This document shows, piece by piece, positions 53,801-62,798 of a DNA stretch of 64,000 bases (the stretch's first letter is position 1; each line of letters starts with the position of its first letter). The DNA is from Candidatus Uhrbacteria bacterium RIFOXYB12_FULL_58_10. GTDB lineage: Bacteria > Patescibacteriota > Patescibacteriia > UBA9934 > GWF2-40-263. The stretch covers positions 5,149 through 69,148 of the forward strand of contig CALRBH010000003.1 of the NCBI GenBank assembly GCA_943354165.1. Direction: 5' to 3'. Position numbers and translations under genes: made by a program. Below the pieces are notes generated by a model. It had not been told where the DNA came from and ran no database searches. It saw only the letters and a list, made by a program, of their open reading frames with translations.

Positions 53801-54580
53801 ACCACGAATGATCTCGTGATTCAGTGCGTGTGTGATGGTCAGTCGAGGGCCTTCTGCAGGCGTGCTCGTCTCTTTTGCCGGCTCTTCGACCGGAGGACCT
53901 TCGCTTGAGGAGACGGACAGCCCTTCAACGGACTTGAACGGGTTGTTCTCCCCAGAAAGGCTCGTGCCTTCCGGTGGCGTCTTCTCATCCGACACCTTTT
54001 CCTCCGGCGTTTTCCGGTCGTCGTCGACCACGTCGATCTCTTCCGTGGCGGCCGAAGGTTGCACAGGTTGCTGGATCGGATGGATCTCAGGGAGAACCAC
54101 CTCAGTGACATCGGCGTCGGGACCCACACGGCTGATGGCCCCATCTTCATGGGACATCACCAGTGGATGAGTCGCGCTTTTTTGCGTCCGGCCGCTTTCC
54201 TCGATCATCTGCGTTTTTAGCGCGCGAGCATCGCATCGGATCTTTGAGGCGTCTGACGATCTGTCCTTCACGGTCACCTTCGTGTCCGCGAAGCGAATCC
54301 AGTTTCCTCTCGAGCTTATCCGCACGAGATTTTGGACGTTGATGCGCAAACGGCGGTCAGGGAACTGAGCCGCGACTGCCTTCGCATCCAGACAGGAAAG
54401 CAGGTCGCCATGGCAGAAGAATTCCGTGATTTCCCCTGTAGGATCTTGATCCTTGAACGTGTGCGCAACCTGCGGAACCTCGTGTGTAGCATCGATGTAC
54501 CAGGCCGCAGGGTCGCCCGCGGGAATGATCGTGAACAGAAAGGCGCACATCTGCGCGGGGCCGATACAGATCGCGTTCAT
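53654..54580 (-). CDS. Hypothetical protein with acidic/Pro-rich disordered C-terminal half
   Basis: ATG at 54580 preceded by ggagga RBS. 3' end overlaps fur by ~147 bp on the opposite strand. Confidence 0.4.
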   Translation of the reverse strand: MNAICIGPAQMCAFLFTIIPAGDPAAWYIDATHEVPQVAHTFKDQDPTGEITEFFCHGDLLSCLDAKAVAAQFPDRRLRINVQNLVRISSRGNWIRFADTKVTVKDRSSDASKIRCDARALKTQMIEESGRTQKSATHPLVMSHEDGAISRVGPDADVTEVVLPEIHPIQQPVQPSAATEEIDVVDDDRKTPEEKVSDEKTPPEGTSLSGENNPFKSVEGLSVSSSEGPPVEEPAKETSTPAEGPRLTITHALNHEIIRGSSFFYAIFTDPEQLKRMMMEFGKSFRCLKRTPRERFHLTILHVFNFSA

Positions 54581-54694
54581 ATGTTCCTCCAGGGCTCGAT
54601 CCTGTCCCAATATATCGGTTTTGTAAATGGAAAAGAAACACGCCCCCGAGAGAGTGGGGGCGTGGAGCCAAGTGAAGGCCAAGGGCTGGAAGGA

Positions 54695-56008
54695 TCAGAA
54701 GAAGAGGTTACCGCCGAGCACTGAGAGGTTCCTGATGAAGGAACCATCGATGTTCGTGGCCTCGACGTCGTCGTCCCAGACAATGGCGGCATGGTCGTTG
54801 TCTTCTTCGTCAGTGATGTCGATACGAATCGAGTCGTCATCGATGGTACTTGCGCCTGTTGTGTCGACGCGGAGCACATAGGTTTTGGTTTGGCCGGCAC
54901 CGATCTCTTCCGAAGGATGGGACGCATCGTTTCGGAAGTCGATCAGTGCGAAGCCGAGAATCTCGCCGGCGCTGCATGGCTGCAGATCTGGGGTGAGAAA
55001 GGTCCAATCCGCGGCGTCGTCGAGCTTATCGCTCGCGTCGTCATTATTGAACAGTTCCCATTTTGCGGGGTCCGCAAAGTTTTCACATGCGTTCCAATCG
55101 TTGTCTGTAATATCGCTCGCATTGGCCTTGAACATCACCTGATGAAGGGTGACGAATCCGCGGCTGTCGGCGGCGACGTTGAAGCGCAAGGCCTCGTTGA
55201 ATCCCGGCACGGCCGCTCCCGAGGGGGAACCGGACGCGAGCGAGATCGTGGGTTTAGTCTTGCGGATCGTCATCGGCCTTCCGGTGACGTTGGCGTTGAC
55301 CTCTGATTCGGTCAGACGCGTTTCCGAGGTCAGGCCGAACGCTTCGAACGACCCAGGCGATACGGTGTCCAAGACGAGCTGGATCTGATCGCCCGAAGTG
55401 GCTCCCGACGGACCGACGACGTTCGTGTCGATGGTCATGTTGATCCGCGCGTTGCTCGGATCCTGCGGGAGCAGCAGCGACAGGTTGGTGAACCGGACCT
55501 GTCCTTCTGACAGGAATCCCGTCTTCGTCTGCGCGGCACCGCCGGTGTTGGTGTAAGAGATGCGGACCGCCGCAGCGACGTCGTCATCGAAAGTATTCTG
55601 GAACGAGAGTGTGTTCACCACGAATCCTTCAGCAGACGCGTGGAGGAAGAACTTGAGCACGCTCAAGTCCGTCGTGTTTCCGAGAATAATGGATTCTCTC
55701 GGACTGGTCGCATCGAGCGCGGCGGTGATCGGGCTCTCGCCTTCACCTTCGCCTTCACCTTCGCCTTCACCTTCGCCTTCACCTTCGGTGGGGGTCGGGC
55801 ATTGGCTCCGGTTGTCGACGATGCTGTCGTCGAGGCAGACAAAGCGCGTGATCTCGACGATCTCTTGATCGCAGGGATCGACGTCGCACTCAATCTCATT
55901 CTCGCCGCAGTAGCATTCGCGGACGGTCTCGGTCTTTACGACCTCGACGCGTCCGGCGCAAGCGCCAATCAGGGAGGCAATAAACAGAGACATGAAGAGA
56001 TTCTTCAT
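54695..56008 (-). CDS. Secreted lipoprotein with (Gly-Glu)n repeat
   Basis: Signal peptide plus lipobox LIGACAG. EGEGEGEGEGEGEGE encoded by a tandem repeat at 55738-55791. 437 aa. Confidence 0.6.
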   Translation of the reverse strand: MKNLFMSLFIASLIGACAGRVEVVKTETVRECYCGENEIECDVDPCDQEIVEITRFVCLDDSIVDNRSQCPTPTEGEGEGEGEGEGEGEGESPITAALDATSPRESIILGNTTDLSVLKFFLHASAEGFVVNTLSFQNTFDDDVAAAVRISYTNTGGAAQTKTGFLSEGQVRFTNLSLLLPQDPSNARINMTIDTNVVGPSGATSGDQIQLVLDTVSPGSFEAFGLTSETRLTESEVNANVTGRPMTIRKTKPTISLASGSPSGAAVPGFNEALRFNVAADSRGFVTLHQVMFKANASDITDNDWNACENFADPAKWELFNNDDASDKLDDAADWTFLTPDLQPCSAGEILGFALIDFRNDASHPSEEIGAGQTKTYVLRVDTTGASTIDDDSIRIDITDEEDNDHAAIVWDDDVEATNIDGSFIRNLSVLGGNLFF

Positions 56009-56426
56009 TTTCTTGTCTTTCTCGGCTCAATGGCCGGGGTTTGGTTGGGACAGGACAACTCAATTCTGCCCCTACAATATAGCACTTTTTTGATCTTTTG
56101 TCAATGGGAGTTAACAGATATTTTGGCTATGATTAGGCAAAAGAAACACCCTCCGTCGCTCGTGTGAGCTAGGGAGGGTGGAGCCAAGTGGCGGCTCAAG
56201 TCTGTCTTTCAGCGTGTGCAGCCTTCATCGACCTTGTCGTCGCAGTTGTTGTCGCGGCCGTCACACCGTTCGATGGCTTCGGGGTACATGATGTTGTTGT
56301 AGTCGTTGCAGTTACCTTGGTTTTCCGTGACACCGTCGAGATCATCGTCTCGATCCCGTGATCATTAGCTCGAGAGAGCGGCGGAAGGTGAGTCTGTTAC
56401 CCTCCGCCAGCGGTTGGCGGTCGTTG

Positions 56427-56894
56427 TCATGTTTCTTCGAGAAGCGCGTTGGCCTCCGCCTGGTTCAGGTTCGCGGTGGCGATGGCCTTCGCGAGATTCG
56501 GAACGATGAACGCGCCGTAGTCCCGGATGTCGTCAGCGAGGCTTGCCCCGCTCACGCCGGAACCGATCACGTAGAACCCATAGGTTGTTTCGTGGATGAG
56601 CTCGTATCCCGTTTGGGCGGCGAGCTTTTCCAGATCATAGAGGTTCCCAGTTCGGGGAATGCCTGCTTTGTCCGTGAAGATCATCATCCCACCCATGATG
56701 GGCAGGTCTACCTCGAAGTACGCGGTAATGACGTCCTCGTAGACGGTCCATCGGATCCGAAGCTTGTCCTGATCCGGGGCACGGAAGACTTCGTCGGGCT
56801 GGCGACACATGTCTTGGCTGAGTCTCTTCCACACGATGAGGAATGTCACCAAGGCAATCAATATCACAGTCAAGAACAATACTACCTGGTTCAT
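56427..56894 (-). CDS. Hypothetical membrane-anchored protein
   Basis: 155 aa with an N-terminal TM helix. Confidence 0.45.
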   Translation of the reverse strand: MNQVVLFLTVILIALVTFLIVWKRLSQDMCRQPDEVFRAPDQDKLRIRWTVYEDVITAYFEVDLPIMGGMMIFTDKAGIPRTGNLYDLEKLAAQTGYELIHETTYGFYVIGSGVSGASLADDIRDYGAFIVPNLAKAIATANLNQAEANALLEET

Positions 56895-57338
56895 GTGGAC
56901 TCCTGCTTGGCTAAGACAAAAAGAAAAGCCTGGGATGGGTACCAGGCTTACACCTAACGTTTTTAGCCACCTTTGGCCTTCAGGGGCGCGTGTATCGGCG
57001 GAGCGGGATGGAGAGGATGCGACGGCGAAGTTCGCCGTTGTGGAATTCCTTCCTCATCTCGCCGACCTTCGTCCGCACGGTTTGCATGCGGTTGGTGATT
57101 ATGACGATCCCCGCGATGCCGGTCACGACCGTGATGCCGACCGCAACCGTCGCCATGGAAACGAGCACGTCGCGCTTACGCGGCACGACGTCAGAAAAGG
57201 ACAAATCCTGCATGTAACCTCCTGGAGTGAACCGGCACTCTACCTGTGGACAACGGATCCGTCAATCCACCTTGCTTGTGCGGCATGGTCACGATAGTGT
57301 TCCTTCGGCCCTGTATCACACATTTAAAGGAGGATCAC

Positions 57339-58364
57339 ATGGCTTTGCAGGAGGTTCCGCGTATCGATCTTTCTCTCTTCAACACGCGCACGCGCGCGGG
57401 CCGCCAAAAATGCGGCACTGCCATTCTCGAGAGCTTCGTGGCCTACGGATTCGTACGGATCACCGGGCACCGCATCGGCATGAGTAAGCCGACGGTGCAG
57501 AACGTCTACGAGGAGGCAAAGAAGTACTTCGCCTTGCCGGAAGCGGAAAAGCTGATGCACATGTCGCCGTCCAAGGACTGCCAGGCGGGGTTCGCCCCGT
57601 TTGGACACGAACATGCGAAGGATTCCGCACACGTGGACCTCAAGGAGTTCTTCACCATCGGACAGGAACTCCCCTGGGGTCATCCGGTCCTTGATGACAA
57701 GCTGTACGTGCGGAACATCTGGCCGGACGAAGCGCGCGGCAACGAGAAGTTTCGGAAAGCCTGTCTCGATCTTTACCGAGAAGCCGAACAGCTCGCCGTC
57801 CTTATTCTCGGGTGCTTGTCGCTCGTTCTAGTGGAGGAAGAAGAGTGGCTGTCGTCGATGGTGTATTACGGCGACACCAAGATGCGGGTGATCCACTATC
57901 CGTCGCTTCGCAAGTGTCGAGAGCTACTCCCCGGAAAGGAGATCGATGGGGAGATCCGCTCCTCGCCGCATGAGGACATCAACCTGATCACGATCCTCCC
58001 ATGGGCGACCTCGGAAGGATTGCAGATCCTCACGCGCGAGAACGAGTGGCTGCCGATCCGGACGGAAGGAGAGGAGATGGTGGTGAACGTGGGCGACATG
58101 CTCTCGCGCATTACCAACAACCTGTTGCCGTCAACGACCCATCGAGTGGTGAACCCCGCGGACGAGAACGAGCATCGGCTGTCGATCCCTGTATTCATCC
58201 ATCCGCGACCTCGCGTGAGACTCGCGGTGCCGAAGGCGCTTCAGGATCGACGCCTGCCGTTCCCGCCGATGATCCTTGCCCGCACGTTCCTGTATGAGCG
58301 CTTGGTGGAGATCGGTAACATCGCGGATTCGGGCTTTGACCCTACGTCCTTGGAACGCGAGTAA
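57339..58364 (+). CDS. 2OG-Fe(II) oxygenase superfamily protein (isopenicillin-N-synthase-like)
   Basis: aaggagg RBS precedes the ATG. HxD...H iron-binding pattern (HEDINLITIL..., TTHRVV). Confidence 0.7.
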   Translation: MALQEVPRIDLSLFNTRTRAGRQKCGTAILESFVAYGFVRITGHRIGMSKPTVQNVYEEAKKYFALPEAEKLMHMSPSKDCQAGFAPFGHEHAKDSAHVDLKEFFTIGQELPWGHPVLDDKLYVRNIWPDEARGNEKFRKACLDLYREAEQLAVLILGCLSLVLVEEEEWLSSMVYYGDTKMRVIHYPSLRKCRELLPGKEIDGEIRSSPHEDINLITILPWATSEGLQILTRENEWLPIRTEGEEMVVNVGDMLSRITNNLLPSTTHRVVNPADENEHRLSIPVFIHPRPRVRLAVPKALQDRRLPFPPMILARTFLYERLVEIGNIADSGFDPTSLERE

Positions 58365-58433
58365 TACGCGCCCTTCTGTACGATCGCCTCCGTATCCACA
58401 CGGAGGCTCTTTTTTTTGGTACAATACGATCCT

Positions 58434-58907
58434 ATGAACCTTTCTGTTGGAACGGTCGCTCCGAATTTTTCTCTTTCCGACCAAGACAGCAAGATCCACG
58501 CCCTTTCTGACTACGCGGGGAAGTGGGTATTGCTGTACTTTTATCCGAAAGATGACACGCCTGGCTGCACGATCGAAGCCTGTACGCTCCGGGACTCTTG
58601 GAAAGAATTCGCTCCGCTGAACGCGGTTGTCCTTGGAATGAGCGTGGACTCGCCAAAGAGCCACGCGAAGTTCGTGGAGAAATACAAACTCCCTTTTACC
58701 TTGCTTGCCGATGAGGACAAAAAGGTCGTCGCGGCGTACGGCGTATGGGGAAAGAAGAAATTCATGGGCCGTGAGTACATGGGCATCAACCGCGTCTCCT
58801 ACCTCATCGATCCAGTCGGAACCATCGTGAAGGTCTACGAGACCGTGAAGCCCATGGAACATGCGAGCGAAGTCCTTAAAGATCTGGTAGAATTGCAGAA
58901 AGCCTAA
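58434..58907 (+). CDS. bcp: Peroxiredoxin Bcp (thiol peroxidase)
   Basis: FYPKDDTPGCTIEAC peroxidatic Cys motif. Preceded by an extended -10 tgGTACAAT at 58414-58423. Confidence 0.85.
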   Translation: MNLSVGTVAPNFSLSDQDSKIHALSDYAGKWVLLYFYPKDDTPGCTIEACTLRDSWKEFAPLNAVVLGMSVDSPKSHAKFVEKYKLPFTLLADEDKKVVAAYGVWGKKKFMGREYMGINRVSYLIDPVGTIVKVYETVKPMEHASEVLKDLVELQKA

Positions 58908-58916
58908 CCCCCACGC

Positions 58917-59093
58917 ATGCCGACGAAAAAAGAAGCCCTCAAACAGCGCCTTTCGGTTCTCGAAACCGGGATTGCCCAGGTGATGGAGCGCGTCGCCGGC
59001 ATTAAGGCGCGTATGAAGGACACAAGGGGCCGCATCGTCCGTGATCGGGACGCGCGGAAGATGCAAGCGATCAGAACTAAACTTGGAATCTAG
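58917..59093 (+). CDS. Small helical hypothetical protein (58 aa)
   Basis: ATG-to-TAG ORF sitting exactly between bcp and the next gene. Basic C-terminus. Confidence 0.35.
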   Translation: MPTKKEALKQRLSVLETGIAQVMERVAGIKARMKDTRGRIVRDRDARKMQAIRTKLGI

Positions 59094-59094
59094 T

Positions 59095-60198
59095 ATGGCC
59101 GAATCATTGCTCGAAAAAATGAAAGCCGCCCAAGAAGCCGCCAACCAAAAGCGGGCGGAGATGGAATCAAAACAAAAAGCCGAGCAAGAACAGGCTGCTC
59201 TTGAGGCGGCAAAATCTGTGAAAGAAGGTAAACGTTCGGAGTTGTCCGAGCAACAGGGACGCGTGGCTGCGGACGTCGTGAAAGCGGAGATTGCTGCCGC
59301 GGAAGCCGTCGATGTCGTCACGCAGGCAGAACTATTTGCCGCGGACCAAGGGGAACTTGTTGCCGATGAAGTAAAAGAACTGTTGGCGAATGCCAAGGCC
59401 GAGGCCACGGAAGCCAAGGCGATCGTGGAAGCCTTTCGTGGAGAGATGGAAAAGATCAAGGCAGAGCTCGCGCCACTCCTGAAAGAATCCGACCAGGGCG
59501 TTGATGAGGCAAAAGCGGAAGCTGTCGAAGCAAAACCGTCGCCTGGCGATCAATTGATCGCGGACAGGAACGCGTTCTCTGCGGCGATGGACAAGATATT
59601 TCCAGAGCAGCAAGGGCCGGCGGAAGCGACTCCGGAAGGGATTACGTCTGCGGGCGAGGCGTTAAAGGCAGAACGGGCAAAGGTCATGGAATCCGTTGGA
59701 GCGGTGGTTGCAGATGCGATCAAAAACATCGATACCATTCCTGGATCGCAAGCTCGAGATATTTTTATGAACACGATCCGGACATTGAACGCCGCCTCGG
59801 GTCCTGAAAATCGTCCCGACGCGCTTTCACAAGCCGTTGTGGCGGAAGGCCTCGATAAATTTTCTCCGGAGGAGAGTAAGAAGGTCTTGGAACTCGTCGC
59901 ATCACTTGGGAAGCTGCTTAATAAGCGTCGCGCGGAAACCGGTGATGCGTACGCGGACGATCAGGCCGAACTCTATGCGTTGGACGGGCTTGCGGCAGGT
60001 GCGCTCGAAAAGATGAGTAAGGAAGACCTTCAGGCCATTCGCGATAAGGTTGCCAAGGGATTCGATCAGAATAAGAATCGCGCGCCGTACGGAATGACGG
60101 GCGCGGGGACATCGGGATATTTTAAAAAGCAAAACGCCGTGAACAGCGATAGTTTCCTGGAAAATTTCGATCAGTTGATCTTGAAGAAGGCCGCATAA
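59095..60198 (+). CDS. Ala/Glu-rich coiled-coil hypothetical protein
   Basis: 368-aa low-complexity helical protein upstream of the HlyD-like gene. Confidence 0.5.
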   Translation: MAESLLEKMKAAQEAANQKRAEMESKQKAEQEQAALEAAKSVKEGKRSELSEQQGRVAADVVKAEIAAAEAVDVVTQAELFAADQGELVADEVKELLANAKAEATEAKAIVEAFRGEMEKIKAELAPLLKESDQGVDEAKAEAVEAKPSPGDQLIADRNAFSAAMDKIFPEQQGPAEATPEGITSAGEALKAERAKVMESVGAVVADAIKNIDTIPGSQARDIFMNTIRTLNAASGPENRPDALSQAVVAEGLDKFSPEESKKVLELVASLGKLLNKRRAETGDAYADDQAELYALDGLAAGALEKMSKEDLQAIRDKVAKGFDQNKNRAPYGMTGAGTSGYFKKQNAVNSDSFLENFDQLILKKAA

Positions 60199-60207
60199 GA
60201 ATCCGTC

Positions 60208-62082
60208 ATGCGCCGTTCCGTAAAACGACTCATCATCACCATTGTCCTCACAGCCCTCGCCGGTACTGTGGGATTTTGGTTCGCGTCCTCATCCAAGAAA
60301 CCTGCCGAACTCGTCACGGAGACCGTTCATATACGCAATCTTGTTCAGACCGTGGAAGCCACAGGAGCGATTGAATCGATCAGCGATGCCTCGCTTTCGT
60401 TCGATCTAAGTGGAACGGTGAAGGAAGTTTTTGTGAAAGTTGGCGATCATGTCGCGCTCAATGATCTTCTTGCCACGCTCGATACGTCAGAACTTGCCGC
60501 GGATGCGGAGAACGCCCGCAAGGCGGTGGAAAGCGCGCAGGCAAACCTTAACGCAAAGAATGCGGGAGCCGCGGATGTGACGGTCGCCATTTCGAGTGCG
60601 GGAGTCGCGGTCGCGCAGGCGAATCTCGCATCCGCAAAAATCGATGTGCAAAATGCCGAGCGAAAGTTGGCGTCGGCAATAACGCTCACGGAATCGGCTG
60701 TCAGACAATCTGAAGCAACGGTTTCAACGCGTCAAACAACACTCGCGAATGCCAAATTAAGCGTGGCACAGGACGAGAAGGAAACGGCCGAGGATTACGT
60801 GACGTCCTTGTATGATGCGGCCATTGCCGTGCGCAGCGGCCTGTCGGACGCCGACCGTGTGCTCGGGATCGACAACAGCCTTGCCACGACGGATTTCAGG
60901 AACGTCCTTTCCGTGACGGACGAGCAAGCGAAAATCAGTGCGGAAAACGCCTACCGCGCAGCAAAGATTACACGGAATGCCGCGGAGACCAAAGTATTTG
61001 CGCTGTCGTTTTCCGCACCCGCTTCTCAAACGAGCACCATCGTTCCGGCGGTTGAAGCCGCATTGAAGGATGCGGAAACCACTCTTCTCGAAACTCGTCG
61101 CGCCCTTGATGGTACCGTTATTGATACGGCAGATTTCAGCTTTACCGATTTGGTGAATTTAAAAACGGCCGTCGATTCCGCCCGCATCAACATCCAAGCG
61201 AAGCGTTCAGTATTGTTGAACGCCCGACAGGCTGTGCAGCGCGCGCGGATAGAGGGGGACGCATCGATTGGAAGCGCCGAGGAATCCGCCGTGGAAGCCG
61301 AACGAGCCTTTACGCAAGCAAAGGCCGATCGCGAGAATTCAATCGTCTCCGCACAGGCTTCCCTCGACGCGGCTCGTTCCGCGCTTGCAGTGCGCGAAGC
61401 GAATCTTTTACAGGATCAGGCGAGACTCACAGAGGCCGCCGCGCGCCCGCGCGCCGTAGATGTTGCCGCGCTCATTGCAGACGTTCAGCGTTCTCAGGCG
61501 TCCTATGAGGCATCGATGGCCCGGCTTGCAAAGGCCGAACTGCATTCGCCGATCGAAGGAACCGTAACGTCTGTGGAAATAGATCCAGGGGAACTCGCGA
61601 GCCCGTCCCTTGCGGCGATTGAGGTCGAGTCCAATGGGGAAGTATTCCGCCTTGTCGTGGACGTGGCAGAGGCCGATATCGCAAAAGTTCAGGTGCCCAA
61701 TTCCGCCGTCATCACTCTCGACGCGTTTGGCGAGGACGTTCTCGTCGTCGGGAACGTGACGAAGATCGATCCGTCAGAGAAGCTTGTTGAGGGAGTCGTA
61801 TTCTATCGGGTGACGTTGGACCTTACGGGAACTCTTCCGTCGGCTGGATTGAAATCTGGGATGTCGGCGAATGTGGTGGTTCAGACAAATGATCGGCAAG
61901 CGGTGGTTGCGGTTCCCCAGCGCGCGGTGCTTGAGCGCGCGGGGAAAAAATATGTGCGCGTATTCAACGGAGCGATCATTGAGCGCACGGTTACGACCGG
62001 ACTTCGCGCGGACAATGGTCTCGTAGAAATCCTCTCCGGACTCTCGGTCGGCGAAACGCTTATCGTGACCGTGCGTAATTAA
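60208..62082 (+). CDS. HlyD-family periplasmic adaptor (MacA-like) with long coiled-coil
   Basis: N-terminal TM, long Ala-rich coiled-coil, C-terminal beta-barrel (PIEGTVTSVEIDPGE...). Confidence 0.75.
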   Translation: MRRSVKRLIITIVLTALAGTVGFWFASSSKKPAELVTETVHIRNLVQTVEATGAIESISDASLSFDLSGTVKEVFVKVGDHVALNDLLATLDTSELAADAENARKAVESAQANLNAKNAGAADVTVAISSAGVAVAQANLASAKIDVQNAERKLASAITLTESAVRQSEATVSTRQTTLANAKLSVAQDEKETAEDYVTSLYDAAIAVRSGLSDADRVLGIDNSLATTDFRNVLSVTDEQAKISAENAYRAAKITRNAAETKVFALSFSAPASQTSTIVPAVEAALKDAETTLLETRRALDGTVIDTADFSFTDLVNLKTAVDSARINIQAKRSVLLNARQAVQRARIEGDASIGSAEESAVEAERAFTQAKADRENSIVSAQASLDAARSALAVREANLLQDQARLTEAAARPRAVDVAALIADVQRSQASYEASMARLAKAELHSPIEGTVTSVEIDPGELASPSLAAIEVESNGEVFRLVVDVAEADIAKVQVPNSAVITLDAFGEDVLVVGNVTKIDPSEKLVEGVVFYRVTLDLTGTLPSAGLKSGMSANVVVQTNDRQAVVAVPQRAVLERAGKKYVRVFNGAIIERTVTTGLRADNGLVEILSGLSVGETLIVTVRN

Positions 62083-62083
62083 T

Positions 62084-62797
62084 ATGTCGTCCATTATTCA
62101 CCTGACGAACGTGGTGAAGGAATATGTGAATGGCGACGTGGTGACGCCCGCCCTTCGTGGAATTTCGCTCGATATCGAGGCGGGAGAATATGTCGCCCTC
62201 ATGGGCCCGAGCGGTTCCGGAAAATCGACCCTCATGCACATCATGGGATTTCTTGATCATGCGACGCGCGGAGAATACCTGTTCGAAGGCGGTGACGTTT
62301 CCGTCCTCGATGACGATGCGCTTGCGAGAATGCGCCGTGACCGTGTCGGCTTCGTGTTTCAGGCATTCAACCTGCTTCCAAAGACGAGCGTCCTCGAAAA
62401 CGTCTCCCTTCCTATGATGTATGCGGGGGTCACAAACGGGGAACGTCGTCGTCGGGCCATGGAAGCGATTGAGGAGGTTGGATTAGGACATCGGGTGAAC
62501 TTTCTCTCCAATCAACTCTCCGGAGGAGAAAAGCAGCGTGTGGCGATCGCGCGCGCGATCGTAAACGATCCCGCGGTCATTTTTGCAGATGAACCCACCG
62601 GGAACCTTGATACGAAATCCGGAACTGACGTGCTAAACCTCCTGTCTGACTTAAACAATAAGGGGCGAACGATCGTGATGGTGACGCATGAGACAGAGGC
62701 AGCAGAACATGCAAAAAGAATTGTGCGCATGCGTGACGGACAGCTCCTCTCGGATTTGGTAACACATGATCGACGGACCGGTGGGTATAACAAGTAG
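62084..62797 (+). CDS. ABC transporter ATP-binding protein (MacB/LolD-like)
   Basis: Walker A GPSGSGKST, signature LSGGEKQR, Walker B IFADEPT. Confidence 0.9.
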   Translation: MSSIIHLTNVVKEYVNGDVVTPALRGISLDIEAGEYVALMGPSGSGKSTLMHIMGFLDHATRGEYLFEGGDVSVLDDDALARMRRDRVGFVFQAFNLLPKTSVLENVSLPMMYAGVTNGERRRRAMEAIEEVGLGHRVNFLSNQLSGGEKQRVAIARAIVNDPAVIFADEPTGNLDTKSGTDVLNLLSDLNNKGRTIVMVTHETEAAEHAKRIVRMRDGQLLSDLVTHDRRTGGYNK

Positions 62798-62798
62798 T

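Noticed and set aside
56190-56300. Cys-rich CDGRDNNCDD peptide as an intact small secreted gene
   Set aside because: No start codon yielding more than 26 aa. Stop codons lie immediately upstream in frame. Treated as a gene remnant.
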